The notes under the pieces are model-generated. The model saw nothing but the letters and a program-made list of their open reading frames with translations. It ran no database searches and was not told the origin of the DNA. A program made the translations under genes and the position numbers. Shown here in pieces: positions 19,233 through 28,307 of a DNA stretch of 64,000 bases. Each line of letters opens with the position of its first letter. Within the stretch, counting starts at the first letter, position 1. The stretch spans positions 324,880 through 388,879 of the forward strand of contig JALVSY010000007.1 in the NCBI GenBank assembly GCA_027036135.1, in the 5' to 3' direction. This stretch comes from Pyrodictiaceae archaeon. Lineage in GTDB: Archaea > Thermoproteota > Thermoprotei_A > Sulfolobales > Pyrodictiaceae.

Positions 19233-20657
19233 TTGGCTAGGGACATCGTTGATGAGCTTATCCGTGTACTCGGCAGGGACAAGGTGTACGATGACCCTGC
19301 GATAGTCTCGCTCTACTCGAGGGAGGCAAGCGGGCTTGAGGCAAGCGAGCTCCCCCGTGCTGTAGTGTTCGCTGAGAGTGCCTCCGATGTCTCAGCGCTT
19401 CTTAGGCTAGCGTATCGCTACGAGTTCAAAGTCTTTCCCCAGGGCTCCTCCACTAGTCTCTCGGGCTCCGCTGTCCCCCTTGGTGACGGGGTTATTCTTA
19501 GCCTTGAGCGGATGCGCTCGCTTAGGGAGGTAAGCCTGCTAGACTCCACTGCTGTCGCTGAGCCTGGTCTCAGGATAGATGAGCTTAACCTAGCCCTTGC
19601 CAAGCACGGCTACATGTTCCCCGTGGACCCAGCCAGCTCCTCGGTAGCAACCATAGGCGGGGCAATAAACACCGGAGCCGGGGGTATGCAAGGAGCCAAG
19701 TACGGGACGATGAGAGACTGGGTACTCATGCTCCAAATAGTACTACCCGACGAGAAAGGCACAGTTATGAGGATAGGGTGCCGAACCGTTAAGTGTAGGC
19801 AGGGATATGACCTAGTAAGGCTCATAGTTGGTAGCGAGGGCACCCTCGCAGTAGTAACGGAGGCCACTCTACGAATAACACCGTTGCCCGAGGCCTCACC
19901 CACAATACTAGCGTTCTTCAAGGACCTAGGCGACCTCGTGGAAGCAGTGAAGGAGATCAAGAAGAACGCGTGGCAACCACTCATCATGGAGTTCCTCGAC
20001 GCCGAGACAGTCAAGATAGCAAGGGAATTCGTACAAACCAGTATAGAAGCCAGGGGCCACATGCTACTCGTAACAATGGATACAACCAGGGAATCAAAGA
20101 ACAGAGTAACGAAACAACTAGTAGACTTGATGGAGAGGAACAACGCAGAAAGAATCTATACTGCTGAAAGCCTAGAAGAGGCGGAGAAGAAACAACTACT
20201 AGCCCTTCGCAGAAGCCTCTTCCCAGCACAGGTATGGTACGTCAAGAAACAACTAGGCATGGACAAAAAGGTACACGTACTCATAGAGGACATAGCAGTA
20301 CCTCCAAGCAAGCTACCCGAGGCAGTCAAAGAGCTACGCAGGATAGAGAACCACTACGGCTTCAAAACACTACTAGGAGGCCACATAGGCGACGGAAACC
20401 TGCACCCCGCCATAGGCTACAACCCAGACGACCCCAAGCAAACAAGGAAGGTAGAGGAATGGGTACAGGACGTAATGAAGACAGCAATAAAACTAGGAGG
20501 AACAATAAGCGCCGAACACGGCATAGGCACGCTCAAGAAACAAGGACTAAGAATGGAGCTAGAAGCACTAGGCGCACTAAAAGCCCTAGAAATAATGAAG
20601 ACAATAAAACAAGCATTTGACCCCAAAAACATACTCAACCCAGGCAAGGTGATATAA
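19233..20657 (+). CDS. glcD: FAD-linked oxidase, GlcD / D-lactate dehydrogenase family
   Basis: FPVDPAS, GGAINTGAGG, KYG, GSEGTLAVVT, GHIGDGNLHP, GGTISAEHGIG, FDPKNILNPGK. Confidence 0.88.
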   Translation: MARDIVDELIRVLGRDKVYDDPAIVSLYSREASGLEASELPRAVVFAESASDVSALLRLAYRYEFKVFPQGSSTSLSGSAVPLGDGVILSLERMRSLREVSLLDSTAVAEPGLRIDELNLALAKHGYMFPVDPASSSVATIGGAINTGAGGMQGAKYGTMRDWVLMLQIVLPDEKGTVMRIGCRTVKCRQGYDLVRLIVGSEGTLAVVTEATLRITPLPEASPTILAFFKDLGDLVEAVKEIKKNAWQPLIMEFLDAETVKIAREFVQTSIEARGHMLLVTMDTTRESKNRVTKQLVDLMERNNAERIYTAESLEEAEKKQLLALRRSLFPAQVWYVKKQLGMDKKVHVLIEDIAVPPSKLPEAVKELRRIENHYGFKTLLGGHIGDGNLHPAIGYNPDDPKQTRKVEEWVQDVMKTAIKLGGTISAEHGIGTLKKQGLRMELEALGALKALEIMKTIKQAFDPKNILNPGKVI

Positions 20658-20662
20658 CAGCA

Positions 20663-20989
20663 ATGATAACAAGCCACGAGGAAGCACTACGAGAAGCAGA
20701 GAAATGCATGTACTGCGGCTTCTGCGAAGCAGTCTGCCCAACAATAACACATGGACCACACCGGGGCTACGGGCCACGAGGAAGAATACAACTAATAAAA
20801 ACAATACTAACCCAGGAAAACACAAGCAAAGCTGTCATAGACTCAATCTACACATGCACACTCTGCGCAGCATGCATAGAAAAATGCCCAGCAAAAGTAA
20901 ACATAATAGACCTCATAATATACGCAAGAAGTACAATAATATATGAAAATGGCAATAAACTTATCGAAATCATGCACAAGGATGTATAG
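20663..20989 (+). CDS. 4Fe-4S dicluster protein (GlcF N-terminal-like subunit)
   Basis: CMYCGFCEAVCP and CTLCAACIEKCP; GPRGRI; follows glcD. Confidence 0.85.
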   Translation: MITSHEEALREAEKCMYCGFCEAVCPTITHGPHRGYGPRGRIQLIKTILTQENTSKAVIDSIYTCTLCAACIEKCPAKVNIIDLIIYARSTIIYENGNKLIEIMHKDV

Positions 20990-20999
20990 CACTAAACCT

Positions 21000-21085
21000 T
21001 ATTATATTAAGATAATATAATATTATATTTTATTAATTATAATTTCTTTCTTAAAAATATTTATAAAATAATTAATAAAATATAA
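21000..21085. repeat. two adjacent AT-only inverted repeats
   Basis: TATTATATTA-aga-TAATATAATA (21000-21022), then TTATATTTTATTAATTAT (21023-21040) / ATAATTAATAAAATATAA (21068-21085). Confidence 0.85.
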
Positions 21086-21219
21086 ACCAAAATAAGTATA
21101 TAATGTAACTATTTGAATGCTAAATGCTTTCCTGCAACTGTGTCTTAAAGAATTAACCAAGCAAAGCTTAAAAATGTTTATACTAAATATGAAAATGTAA
21201 AGATGGTGATAGAACAACC

Positions 21220-21489
21220 ATGCCATACATAGGTGACTATACAGATCTAAGAAGTCTCATACCTTTTATAGCTGATGAAGTCAGAACATCTTGTTACGCC
21301 ACCATACAGATTTTATATGAAAGTCCAGACTTTATAAGAATTTGCACAGCTCGCAATTGTATAAGGTTATATTGGGAGTGGGGAAGATACGTTTACCTCG
21401 TAGACGAATATAGTGGAAGTAAGACTGATGTAACAAGTTATCCATTATATTATGGAATAAGACATATAGCTGCTCTATTGTGCCGATAA
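21220..21489 (+). CDS. hypothetical protein (AT-rich, orphan-like)
   Basis: 89-aa ORF with a GGTGA RBS upstream; no recognisable motif. Confidence 0.5.
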   Translation: MPYIGDYTDLRSLIPFIADEVRTSCYATIQILYESPDFIRICTARNCIRLYWEWGRYVYLVDEYSGSKTDVTSYPLYYGIRHIAALLCR

Positions 21490-21696
21490 TTCACTGCCTA
21501 TTCTATATTAGGCACTATAGTTCAACTCTTTATGTTTAGAAGACAAGCTTAATATTAAACTAACTAAACCAATATATTATGATATAGACTTGTTAGTTCT
21601 CGGTTAAAGTTAAAGAGCCAAAACCGGAATATATGAAACAAGAAAACAGAAAGAACTTTAAAACTTATGAGGAATTGCTTTTAAATTACTTCATGA

Positions 21697-21743
21697 TGGC
21701 GGCCCGCGGGGATTTGAACCCCGGACCTCCGGCTCCGAAGGCC
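21697..21743 (-). repeat. att site: duplicated 3' half of tRNA-Arg(TCG)
   Basis: TGGCGGCCCGCGGGGATTTGAACCCCGGACCTCCGGCTCCGAAGGCC matches 24010-24057 except for one missing G. Confidence 0.95.
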
Positions 21744-21894
21744 CCGAGACTTAAAAGCAAACGTTTCAATGTGAAACATAACTGCTGAAACGAGTATACA
21801 CTACTGACTATCAGTTTGTATTGCATTGTTAGCTCACTGAAATTTTGCCAGAATACTATACTGGGAGCGGGTGGTCTTTGCTTTGACTAGTGTC

Positions 21895-22340
21895 ATGGAA
21901 GTTCCTACTAGCCTTGCTACACTAGCCTCAGTAGTTGTGCTCATTTATCAGATTCATCTTTTGAAGAAGGAAGTGAGAGTTAACACCTACTTTCGACTCA
22001 TAAAGGAGGCGGTCTAGGATTAACCGGGTTTTTATAGAGCATCCTTCCACGTCTAAGCTCCTAGCGGGTGCAGGCTACGTAGAGGATGATGGCGACAAAT
22101 CTATTCGAGCACGATGATCAGCAATAACAATCCTAGACTTCTTTGAAAATCTCTACTATGCGTACCGTAATGGGGTTATACCGGAGAGCCTTTGGGAAAG
22201 CTGGAAAATGCATATTAGCAATATGGTCTGCCAAGTGGAGTTGTTAAGAAGGCGGTGGTGTAAAGCTAGAAGAGCATACTGGAGTGAGTTCAATGAGTTC
22301 CTCGAAAATATATGCGTTAATCTAAAAGAAAATGTTTTTT
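21895..22340 (+). pseudogene. frameshifted/nonsense pseudogene of a membrane-anchored helical protein (DUF4760/DUF6082-like)
   Basis: Stitched frames read MEVPTSLATLASVVVLIYQIHLLKKEVRVNTYFRLIKEA / RINRVFIEHP...R*SAITILDFFENLYYAYRNGVIPESLWESWKMH / ISNMVCQVELLRRRWCKARRAYWSEFNEFLE. The family name is recollection. Confidence 0.6.
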
Positions 22341-22351
22341 TTTTTTTTTTT
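22335..22351 (+). repeat. T17 homopolymer (possible terminator or sequencing-inflated run)
   Basis: 17 consecutive T at the end of the pseudogene. Confidence 0.8.
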
Positions 22352-23188
22352 GGAAGTAATAAAAGAGCGTGCTAGAAGTACTAAAATCTTAATCAGCTGT
22401 GCTATTTTGCTACTACTTTGAATCCTACTTGTCTGCTTTTGTGGTATGTTGCTAATGCGTACCAGGGGCTAGGGCTGGGTGTGGGATGGGGGAGGCTGCG
22501 AGGAGATTGACGATGGCTACCAGTATCGATGGTAGCGCTGAGAGTCACAAAGCTGGGTGGAGCAGCTTCACAAGCTTGAAGACGGGCCTCACGGAGTCTA
22601 GGCGTAGTAGGTCTAGGGTTCACCAGACCCACCTCCTCCGCCCAGCAGGCCCTTAGGATGAATGAGGACTGCCCGTAGATGCCCCGGAACCAGCCCAAAC
22701 CCTCCCAGAACGCTGCTCCACCAGCAGGCCCTTCCGGGGCATTGCTCTCAGTGTATTATCTTACGGTTCCCTTACTGACCCTCCTGCCTGCGAGTAGCTC
22801 GTAGAGTATCTTCACCGTTGAGAATGCTGCCCCCGTGGGGTAGAGTAGCCGACCGGCGCGCTGTGGCCTCTCTACGAGGCTTACTGGGGAAGCGGTGCCA
22901 GCGCGCCCTTGGAGGAGGCTATTGAGCGGGGCTGTAGACAGGTACAGGAGTGAGGTAGGGAGTAGGGGTAGTGAGCGTAGAGCACGCTACTATGCATAGC
23001 TACTCCTACGCGGGGCTGCGAAGGCTGCGCTTACAGCATCTCTACAAGGATAGCCTCGCCCTCCGATGCTATAGCTGAATTGCACGAGGTTAGGAGAAAG
23101 ATATTTGTGGAGCCCTTCTACACGATCTTTATATGATGAAGACTATGGGAGTCCTATGGAAGTCCTTAGCAGAGGGGTAATAGAGTCT

Positions 23189-23635
23189 TTATGGTATTAC
23201 CTTTAACCATGGTATTCGTTTAAAGTCTTTATCTAGTGTAGCAATAGTTGATACGCCATAGTATCTACACGTAACTACTATCTGTGCATCAGTGGGTAAA
23301 AGCCGGTATTTAGTGATAACATCTCTGAGCTCTTCTACTGATTGATAGTCTTTAATTATCCTTAAATTTAACTCTTCTAAAAGTTTGTGAATTTCTTCTA
23401 AAGGCTCTTCAAACGCTTCCATCCCTCTCTCTATAAAGAATCTCTTGAATTCATGATAGCTAGCAATGCCGTATTTGCGTCTAACATACGCTCTAAACGT
23501 AACGTGAAGCAACTCATTATACACGATCACAGATGTAACCGGTTCCACTAGTAGCTCAACAGCTTTCCTAGCTATTGGTGTAAGCTCTGTCTCGTAGAGA
23601 ATATTGTAGAAGATGTTTGTATCCACAAAGATCAA
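23189..23635 (-). CDS. vapC: VapC PIN-domain toxin
   Basis: IFVDTNIF, VYNE, LLPTDAQIV, IATLDKDF: all conserved acidic residues present. Confidence 0.93.
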   Translation of the reverse strand: MIFVDTNIFYNILYETELTPIARKAVELLVEPVTSVIVYNELLHVTFRAYVRRKYGIASYHEFKRFFIERGMEAFEEPLEEIHKLLEELNLRIIKDYQSVEELRDVITKYRLLPTDAQIVVTCRYYGVSTIATLDKDFKRIPWLKVIP

Positions 23636-23835
23636 GAGCTGTATATCTCTTCTTCGTAAGCCTCTAACTCTTCAGCCGAAGCTTTACCCAGTATGCCTAT
23701 AAACCTATCTATGTTGGGCTTCCTCCTTATAATAACGATAACCTCTTCACCATCCCTCAGATCCACGTTTTCCAATAGCTTTAACACACCCCTCTCATAC
23801 CTAGCCCTAACAGTAAGGGACATCTTCACTCCCAA
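23632..23835 (-). CDS. vapB: antitoxin, AF2212/DUF104 family
   Basis: VRARYERGVLKLLENVDLRDGEEV motif; 4-nt overlap with vapC. Confidence 0.88.
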   Translation of the reverse strand: MGVKMSLTVRARYERGVLKLLENVDLRDGEEVIVIIRRKPNIDRFIGILGKASAEELEAYEEEIYSS

Positions 23836-24009
23836 GATAATCTATCTCAACGTGCCTATTATCAATTATCCTGGAAAGACCGCGCCGAAAAGACGCTTGG
23901 CTCGGGAGAAGTTGAAGACAGGGAATGAGAAAATCTAGCAGAAACGAATTATAGAAATAGTAATGAGGTCATGCTTAGCGATAGTTAGAGTTTATTCACT
24001 AATAGTATG

Positions 24010-24087
24010 TGGCGGGCCCGCGGGGATTTGAACCCCGGACCTCCGGCTCCGAAGGCCGGCGCCCTATCCTGGCTAGGCTACGGGCCC
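24010..24087 (-). tRNA. tRNA-Arg (anticodon TCG), intronless, CCA encoded
   Basis: Reverse complement GGGCCCGTAGCCTAGCCAGGATAGGGCGCCGGCCTTCGGAGCCGGAGGTCCGGGGTTCAAATCCCCGCGGGCCCGCCA folds as a cloverleaf; anticodon arm CCGGC-CT-TCG-GA-GCCGG. Confidence 0.97.
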
Positions 24088-24118
24088 GCCCTCTTCTACG
24101 CGTCCCCTGTGTGGTGTT

Positions 24119-26110
24119 TTACATTCTTTCTAGGGGTTTTATGCCTAGTATTCTTAGCGCGTTTGCTGTTACGGTTTTTACTGCTTGTACTAGTGCTAGT
24201 TTGTAGTTTCTCTTGCCGGGGTCAAGCTCGTTTATGGCGCTGTCTCCGCTTGTGTACCACTTGTTGAACGTGTCTGCTAGCTTGTTTAGGTAGTTTACTA
24301 TGAGTTCTGGTTTGAGCTCGTCTGCTGCCTTGGCAAATATGTATGGGTAGTTGAGTAGTTGTAGGACTAGTTTCCTTCTCAATGGGTTCTCGTTTGCTGC
24401 CGTGTAGTCTATGTTGTCTATGTTTATTTGTAGTCCTCTTTCCCGTGCCTTGGCTAGTATGTTTGCTGCGCGTGCGTGGGTGTAGAGTATGTAGGGGGCG
24501 CTGTTTTGCTCGAAGTTTAGTGCTTCTTCTATATCGAATGTCATTGGCTTGGGGGCCGAGACCGATACTAGGGTGTACCTGATTGCGGCTATTCCTACGG
24601 CTTCTGCTATCTTTTTCTTCTCCTCGGGTGGTAGGTGGGGTGATCTCTTCTCTACTTCTTGACGTGCTCTTGTTATTGCTTGTTCTATTAGCTCGTCGAG
24701 TGCGACGTACTCTCCTCTTCTTCCGCTCATTTTCCTGCCTGGTAGGTTTACCATTTCGTATGCGTAGTGGTGCATGTTTAGTCCTTCCTTTCTATAGCCT
24801 AGGGCTATGAGTGCTAGTCTTACTTGTAGTTGTGGTAGGCGTTGCTCTGCCGCTATCACGTTGTAGACTTTGTCTGCGTTGAAGTCGCTGAACTTCTTTA
24901 TGCTGTAGGCTATGTCCCTTGTGGTGTAGAGTGTTGTTCCGTCGCTTCTCTGTAGTATGAGGGGTGGTACCTCGTAGCCCTCTGGTACTCCTAGGGCTTG
25001 GCGTATGACTGGGTCTTTTAGGAGTGGTTGTAGGTTTAGTGCTAGGGCGCCCTTATAGGTTATCGCGTAGGGCGTTGTCTTTGCCCTCTCTATTATTTTT
25101 CTTACGAGGCTGCTCCATACTAGGTCGCTTTCCCAGTCCCATTGGTCGAAGCCTATGCCTAGTCTCTGTAGTGTTTGTTTGAAGCCTTTTAGGCACTTCT
25201 CTACGATTGTTCTTGTTAGCTTTACTATTTCCTCGTCTTCTCCGAACTCGTAGCTCCGCATTATCTCCTGTATTTCCTTCTCCGGGTCGCGTCCACGGAT
25301 AGCCTCTGCTAGCTTGTCGAAGAGCTCTGGGGCTTTCTCGCGTAGCCGCGAGGCCGCTGCTACTAGCTCGTCGAGCTCCCTTAGCTTCTCGTGGTACTTG
25401 TCCAGGTTGTCTCCCCGTTTCAGCTCCCCCAGCTCTTTTTTTAGCTCCTCTATGTCTGCTAGTGTGTGCGTGAGGGCATAGAGTAGTCCTAGCCAGTGGT
25501 CGGGCTTAGTTCCCTCCGGTATCCTGGGTTCTCCGAGGAGTTTTGCCCCGTAGACTAGTACTGCTACTTGTCTACCCATGTCATCGACATAGAACCTTGT
25601 CTGGACCCTGTGGCCTCTCTCCCTCAGCAGGCGTGCAAGGGTGTCGCCTAGGGCAGCGTTCCTCGCGTGGCCTATGTGGAGGGGGTGGACGGGATTGGCG
25701 CTGGTGTGCTCAACTACTATTCTTAGCGGTGTATCCGTCTTCACGTGGCCATAGTTTTCCCCGTCTCTAATCACGGCAGTGAAGATTGCCCGGGAGGCCT
25801 CAGCAGCGTCTATGACTATGTTCAGGTAACCTCCTACGCGCTTAACGCCAGCTATGTGAGGATACCTCTTCAGCTTCTCGGTGGTCTTCTCAACAAGTAC
25901 TTGTAGGTCTAGGCCGTGCTTCTTCGCAAACCTCGCTATGGGTAATCCGTAGTCTCCTAGCTCGGGGCGCGGCGACTCAGCTACAATGTACTCGATGAGC
26001 TTCTCGTCCTCGCTTACCCCGAGCTCTCTTAGAGCCTCGTGGAGACTAGCACCTAGGACGCGGTACGGTGTTAGGTTGTATACTTGCCAGCTGTGCTCTG
26101 GCTCGGGCAT
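24119..26110 (-). CDS. argS: arginyl-tRNA synthetase
   Basis: EHTSANPVHPLHIGHARN (HIGH), RSDGTTLYTTRDIAY, KMSGRRG, APYILYTHARA. Confidence 0.97.
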   Translation of the reverse strand: MPEPEHSWQVYNLTPYRVLGASLHEALRELGVSEDEKLIEYIVAESPRPELGDYGLPIARFAKKHGLDLQVLVEKTTEKLKRYPHIAGVKRVGGYLNIVIDAAEASRAIFTAVIRDGENYGHVKTDTPLRIVVEHTSANPVHPLHIGHARNAALGDTLARLLRERGHRVQTRFYVDDMGRQVAVLVYGAKLLGEPRIPEGTKPDHWLGLLYALTHTLADIEELKKELGELKRGDNLDKYHEKLRELDELVAAASRLREKAPELFDKLAEAIRGRDPEKEIQEIMRSYEFGEDEEIVKLTRTIVEKCLKGFKQTLQRLGIGFDQWDWESDLVWSSLVRKIIERAKTTPYAITYKGALALNLQPLLKDPVIRQALGVPEGYEVPPLILQRSDGTTLYTTRDIAYSIKKFSDFNADKVYNVIAAEQRLPQLQVRLALIALGYRKEGLNMHHYAYEMVNLPGRKMSGRRGEYVALDELIEQAITRARQEVEKRSPHLPPEEKKKIAEAVGIAAIRYTLVSVSAPKPMTFDIEEALNFEQNSAPYILYTHARAANILAKARERGLQINIDNIDYTAANENPLRRKLVLQLLNYPYIFAKAADELKPELIVNYLNKLADTFNKWYTSGDSAINELDPGKRNYKLALVQAVKTVTANALRILGIKPLERM

Positions 26111-26167
26111 CCCAGGAGCCCCGGGAGGCAGAAGAACAGCCTCTTCTAATTACTATATGTGGGCTGC

Positions 26168-26491
26168 TTAGGCCTTCTCGGACTCCCTGAGAGCCTCTAT
26201 TATCTTTGCCATGACTTCCTCGGCGCTGACTCCGTGTATTCTTAGTCTCTTAGTCCTAGAGCGTGCACCATGTACTATCTCTATGCGTGAGGAGGGTATC
26301 CTTAGTAGCCTTGAGAAGAATCTTACTAGGCTCGCGTTTGCGCGGCCCTCTATAGGCGGCTCATCCGTGTAAAATACTAGCTCGCCTAGCTCCATGCGTA
26401 ACCCAGTGAAGCTTGACTCTGGCTTAACGTAGAGGACTATATCCACGTAATCTGGGCCCTCCTGTATCTGTTTCCTTAGGGCATCCTCCAT
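26168..26491 (-). CDS. DUF167 / YggU (UPF0235) family protein
   Basis: YVKP, PPIEGRANASL, IEIVHGARSRTK. Confidence 0.88.
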   Translation of the reverse strand: MEDALRKQIQEGPDYVDIVLYVKPESSFTGLRMELGELVFYTDEPPIEGRANASLVRFFSRLLRIPSSRIEIVHGARSRTKRLRIHGVSAEEVMAKIIEALRESEKA

Positions 26492-26609
26492 GCTTTCTCA
26501 CCCATTGTTCCTCTCGTGCCTTATTCTCGTGGAAGAGTATTAGTTCTTCCTGGGCAAAAAGAGTATTCTAGGACGGAGCCTCTGTGCTTATAGGAGGGGT
26601 GCATAGGGT

Positions 26610-27422
26610 CTGCAAACAAGGTTCTACGAAGTAATCAGCACTAGTACCCCGATTAGTAAAGCTATTCGCTTATTCGTGTCACGTGGGATAAGCCACGCAG
26701 CTGTAGTGGGAGAGGATGGGCTACTTGTTGGCGTTCTCTCTGTGAAGGATATTGGGAGATACGTGGCAGAAGCATTCGAGGACGCGGGAACCCTGGAGCA
26801 AGCGGATATGCTAGCGGTGCTGAACACACCGGTATCAAGGATAGTCTCAAAGCCACCAATAGTTATGCACGAGGATAGTCTCTGTAGGGCAGTGGAGATA
26901 ATGATTACTAGGAATATCGGCTTTGTTCCCCGAGTAGATAGTAGTGGTAGGATCCTCTACGCTTACACAGAGCTTGACACGGGGTTTGAGCTCCTAGACC
27001 TGGATAAGCCTGCCAGGGACTACGCCTCCACTAGCGTTGTCACCGGCGAGGCCGAGGAACCCGTCATAGAGGCTCTGGGATTCATGCTAGAACAAGGTTT
27101 TAGGAGAATACCGTTCCGCCTAGGCTCCGAGTACTATATCGCGACAATGTCGTCACTTCTCAGAGCTATAGTGAAGAGACCGAGAGCGGAGACCCTGCTA
27201 GAGCCCGTTAGGACATATGCTATGCCGGCAGCGATGCTGGGCTACAATGATGCCTCGATAGGAGATGTGGCTGAGATAATCCTAGCCGTAACGGAGAGAG
27301 CTGTACTACTTCTAGACAATGGCGAACTAAGAGCAATAATTACTGAAAGAGACCTAGTGAGAGCGTACGCTGATAACAAGGGATGCAACACGCTAGAAAA
27401 TACCGAAGAAGCCTCAGCCTAG
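26610..27422 (+). CDS. CBS-domain protein (two CBS pairs)
   Basis: VGVLSVKDI, GFRRIP, AIITERDL. The frame stays open upstream to CTG 26610 behind GGAGGGG, completing the first CBS repeat. Confidence 0.85.
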   Translation: MQTRFYEVISTSTPISKAIRLFVSRGISHAAVVGEDGLLVGVLSVKDIGRYVAEAFEDAGTLEQADMLAVLNTPVSRIVSKPPIVMHEDSLCRAVEIMITRNIGFVPRVDSSGRILYAYTELDTGFELLDLDKPARDYASTSVVTGEAEEPVIEALGFMLEQGFRRIPFRLGSEYYIATMSSLLRAIVKRPRAETLLEPVRTYAMPAAMLGYNDASIGDVAEIILAVTERAVLLLDNGELRAIITERDLVRAYADNKGCNTLENTEEASA

Positions 27423-27485
27423 AGCCATACCTAAAAGTTTAGATAATATACGCCACGTAGCAATTTCTCTCGCGGGGGATATGCT

Positions 27486-27722
27486 GTGGAGCAACTTGCT
27501 GAGAGAAGGCCGAGAAAGCTCTTCATAAGAGATGTTGAAAAGATGCGAATCGAGTACGATAAGCAGAGCGACACGCTTTACATACACTTTGCTGAGCCCG
27601 AGGAGGAGGCTGAAGAAGCTATCCTAGTAGGGGATAACATAGTAGTTAGGATTCGGGGCGACGAGGTACTAGGGATAACCGTGATGGAGTTTATGCGCCA
27701 CGTAGAGCAGCAATATCGCTGA
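27486..27722 (+). CDS. DUF2283 family protein
   Basis: IEYDKQSDTLYIHF...VLGITV. Confidence 0.85.
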   Translation: MEQLAERRPRKLFIRDVEKMRIEYDKQSDTLYIHFAEPEEEAEEAILVGDNIVVRIRGDEVLGITVMEFMRHVEQQYR

Positions 27723-27750
27723 AATAATAGAGCTAGCCAATAATGCTTGC

Positions 27751-27821
27751 AGCCGATGAAGAACCGTGTTTCATGGAGCCCTCTTAGAGGCTGTGACGAG
27801 GCCGCGGCCGTCTCTGAGGCA
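27751..27821 (+). ncRNA. C/D box sRNA
   Basis: C ATGAAGA (27756), D' TGGA (27774), C' GTGACGA, D CTGA (27814); terminal GCC/GGC stem; intergenic. Confidence 0.8.
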
Positions 27822-27878
27822 GGCTAATAACTAGGCACAGTTTCTCCGGTAACGATTTGAGAAGATATGAACTTGCTG

Positions 27879-28307
27879 CTAGTCCTCTGTACCGCTTTCT
27901 AATAGGCTACTACGGTCAGCGTAGTGCACTTTGTAAATCCTAGGTTTTAGGTGCTCAACTATGTAGTTGAAGGCACGCCAAGGATCCCCACGTGGACCAC
28001 AAGTATATACATCAACGGTTGCATAGCCATAGTCTGGCCACGTATGTATCGATACATGGCTCTCGAGTACAAGTGCTATGACCGAGACACCGCCATGGTA
28101 GCCCTGGAACTTCCATGTCTTCATATCTACTATATGCATGTCCCCTGCTCTTGCTGCCTCTACGACTAGTTTACGTAGGAAGTCCTCGTCTTCTAGTAGT
28201 TCTCTGCGTACGCCGTATAGGTTACCGTAGACATGCCTACCAATTATGAAGTCCTGGTTCTCGGTACGCGATGTATCCTTATTGATGACTAGCTCTGTCA
28301 TAGCCAC
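27879..28307 (-). CDS. pyruvoyl-dependent decarboxylase proenzyme, SpeH family (likely the crenarchaeal arginine decarboxylase paralogue)
   Basis: GRHVYGNLY, GGVSVIALVL-ESH cleavage site, HTWP, DVYTCG. The GG insertion and YTCG resemble the Sulfolobus ArgDC more than SAMDC (recollection). Confidence 0.88.
   Translation of the reverse strand: MAMTELVINKDTSRTENQDFIIGRHVYGNLYGVRRELLEDEDFLRKLVVEAARAGDMHIVDMKTWKFQGYHGGVSVIALVLESHVSIHTWPDYGYATVDVYTCGPRGDPWRAFNYIVEHLKPRIYKVHYADRSSLLESGTED

Larger units (their letters stand above)
21697..24057. mobile_element. decayed integrated element (~2.3 kb) at tRNA-Arg(TCG)
   Basis: Bounded by a ~47-bp direct repeat of the tRNA 3' half; contains vapBC and pseudogenes; no intact integrase visible. 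Confidence 0.88.

Noticed and set aside
19970-20946. Arg/Thr/Asn-rich alternative-frame ORFs inside glcD and the Fe-S gene (similarly within argS)
   Set aside because: By-products of the local T depletion, which removes stop codons.
21744-21890. intC fragment of an SSV-type integrase after the att copy
   Set aside because: The frame closes at a TGA after ~15 codons and no R-H-R-Y motifs are recognisable.
22402-22698. 98-aa minus-strand ORF in the island
   Set aside because: No motif or RBS; the region looks like decayed + strand coding sequence.
24007-24267. ORFs 24007..24267 and 24009..24206
   Set aside because: They are antisense to tRNA-Arg and the argS 3' end; shadow ORFs with no integrase catalytic residues.
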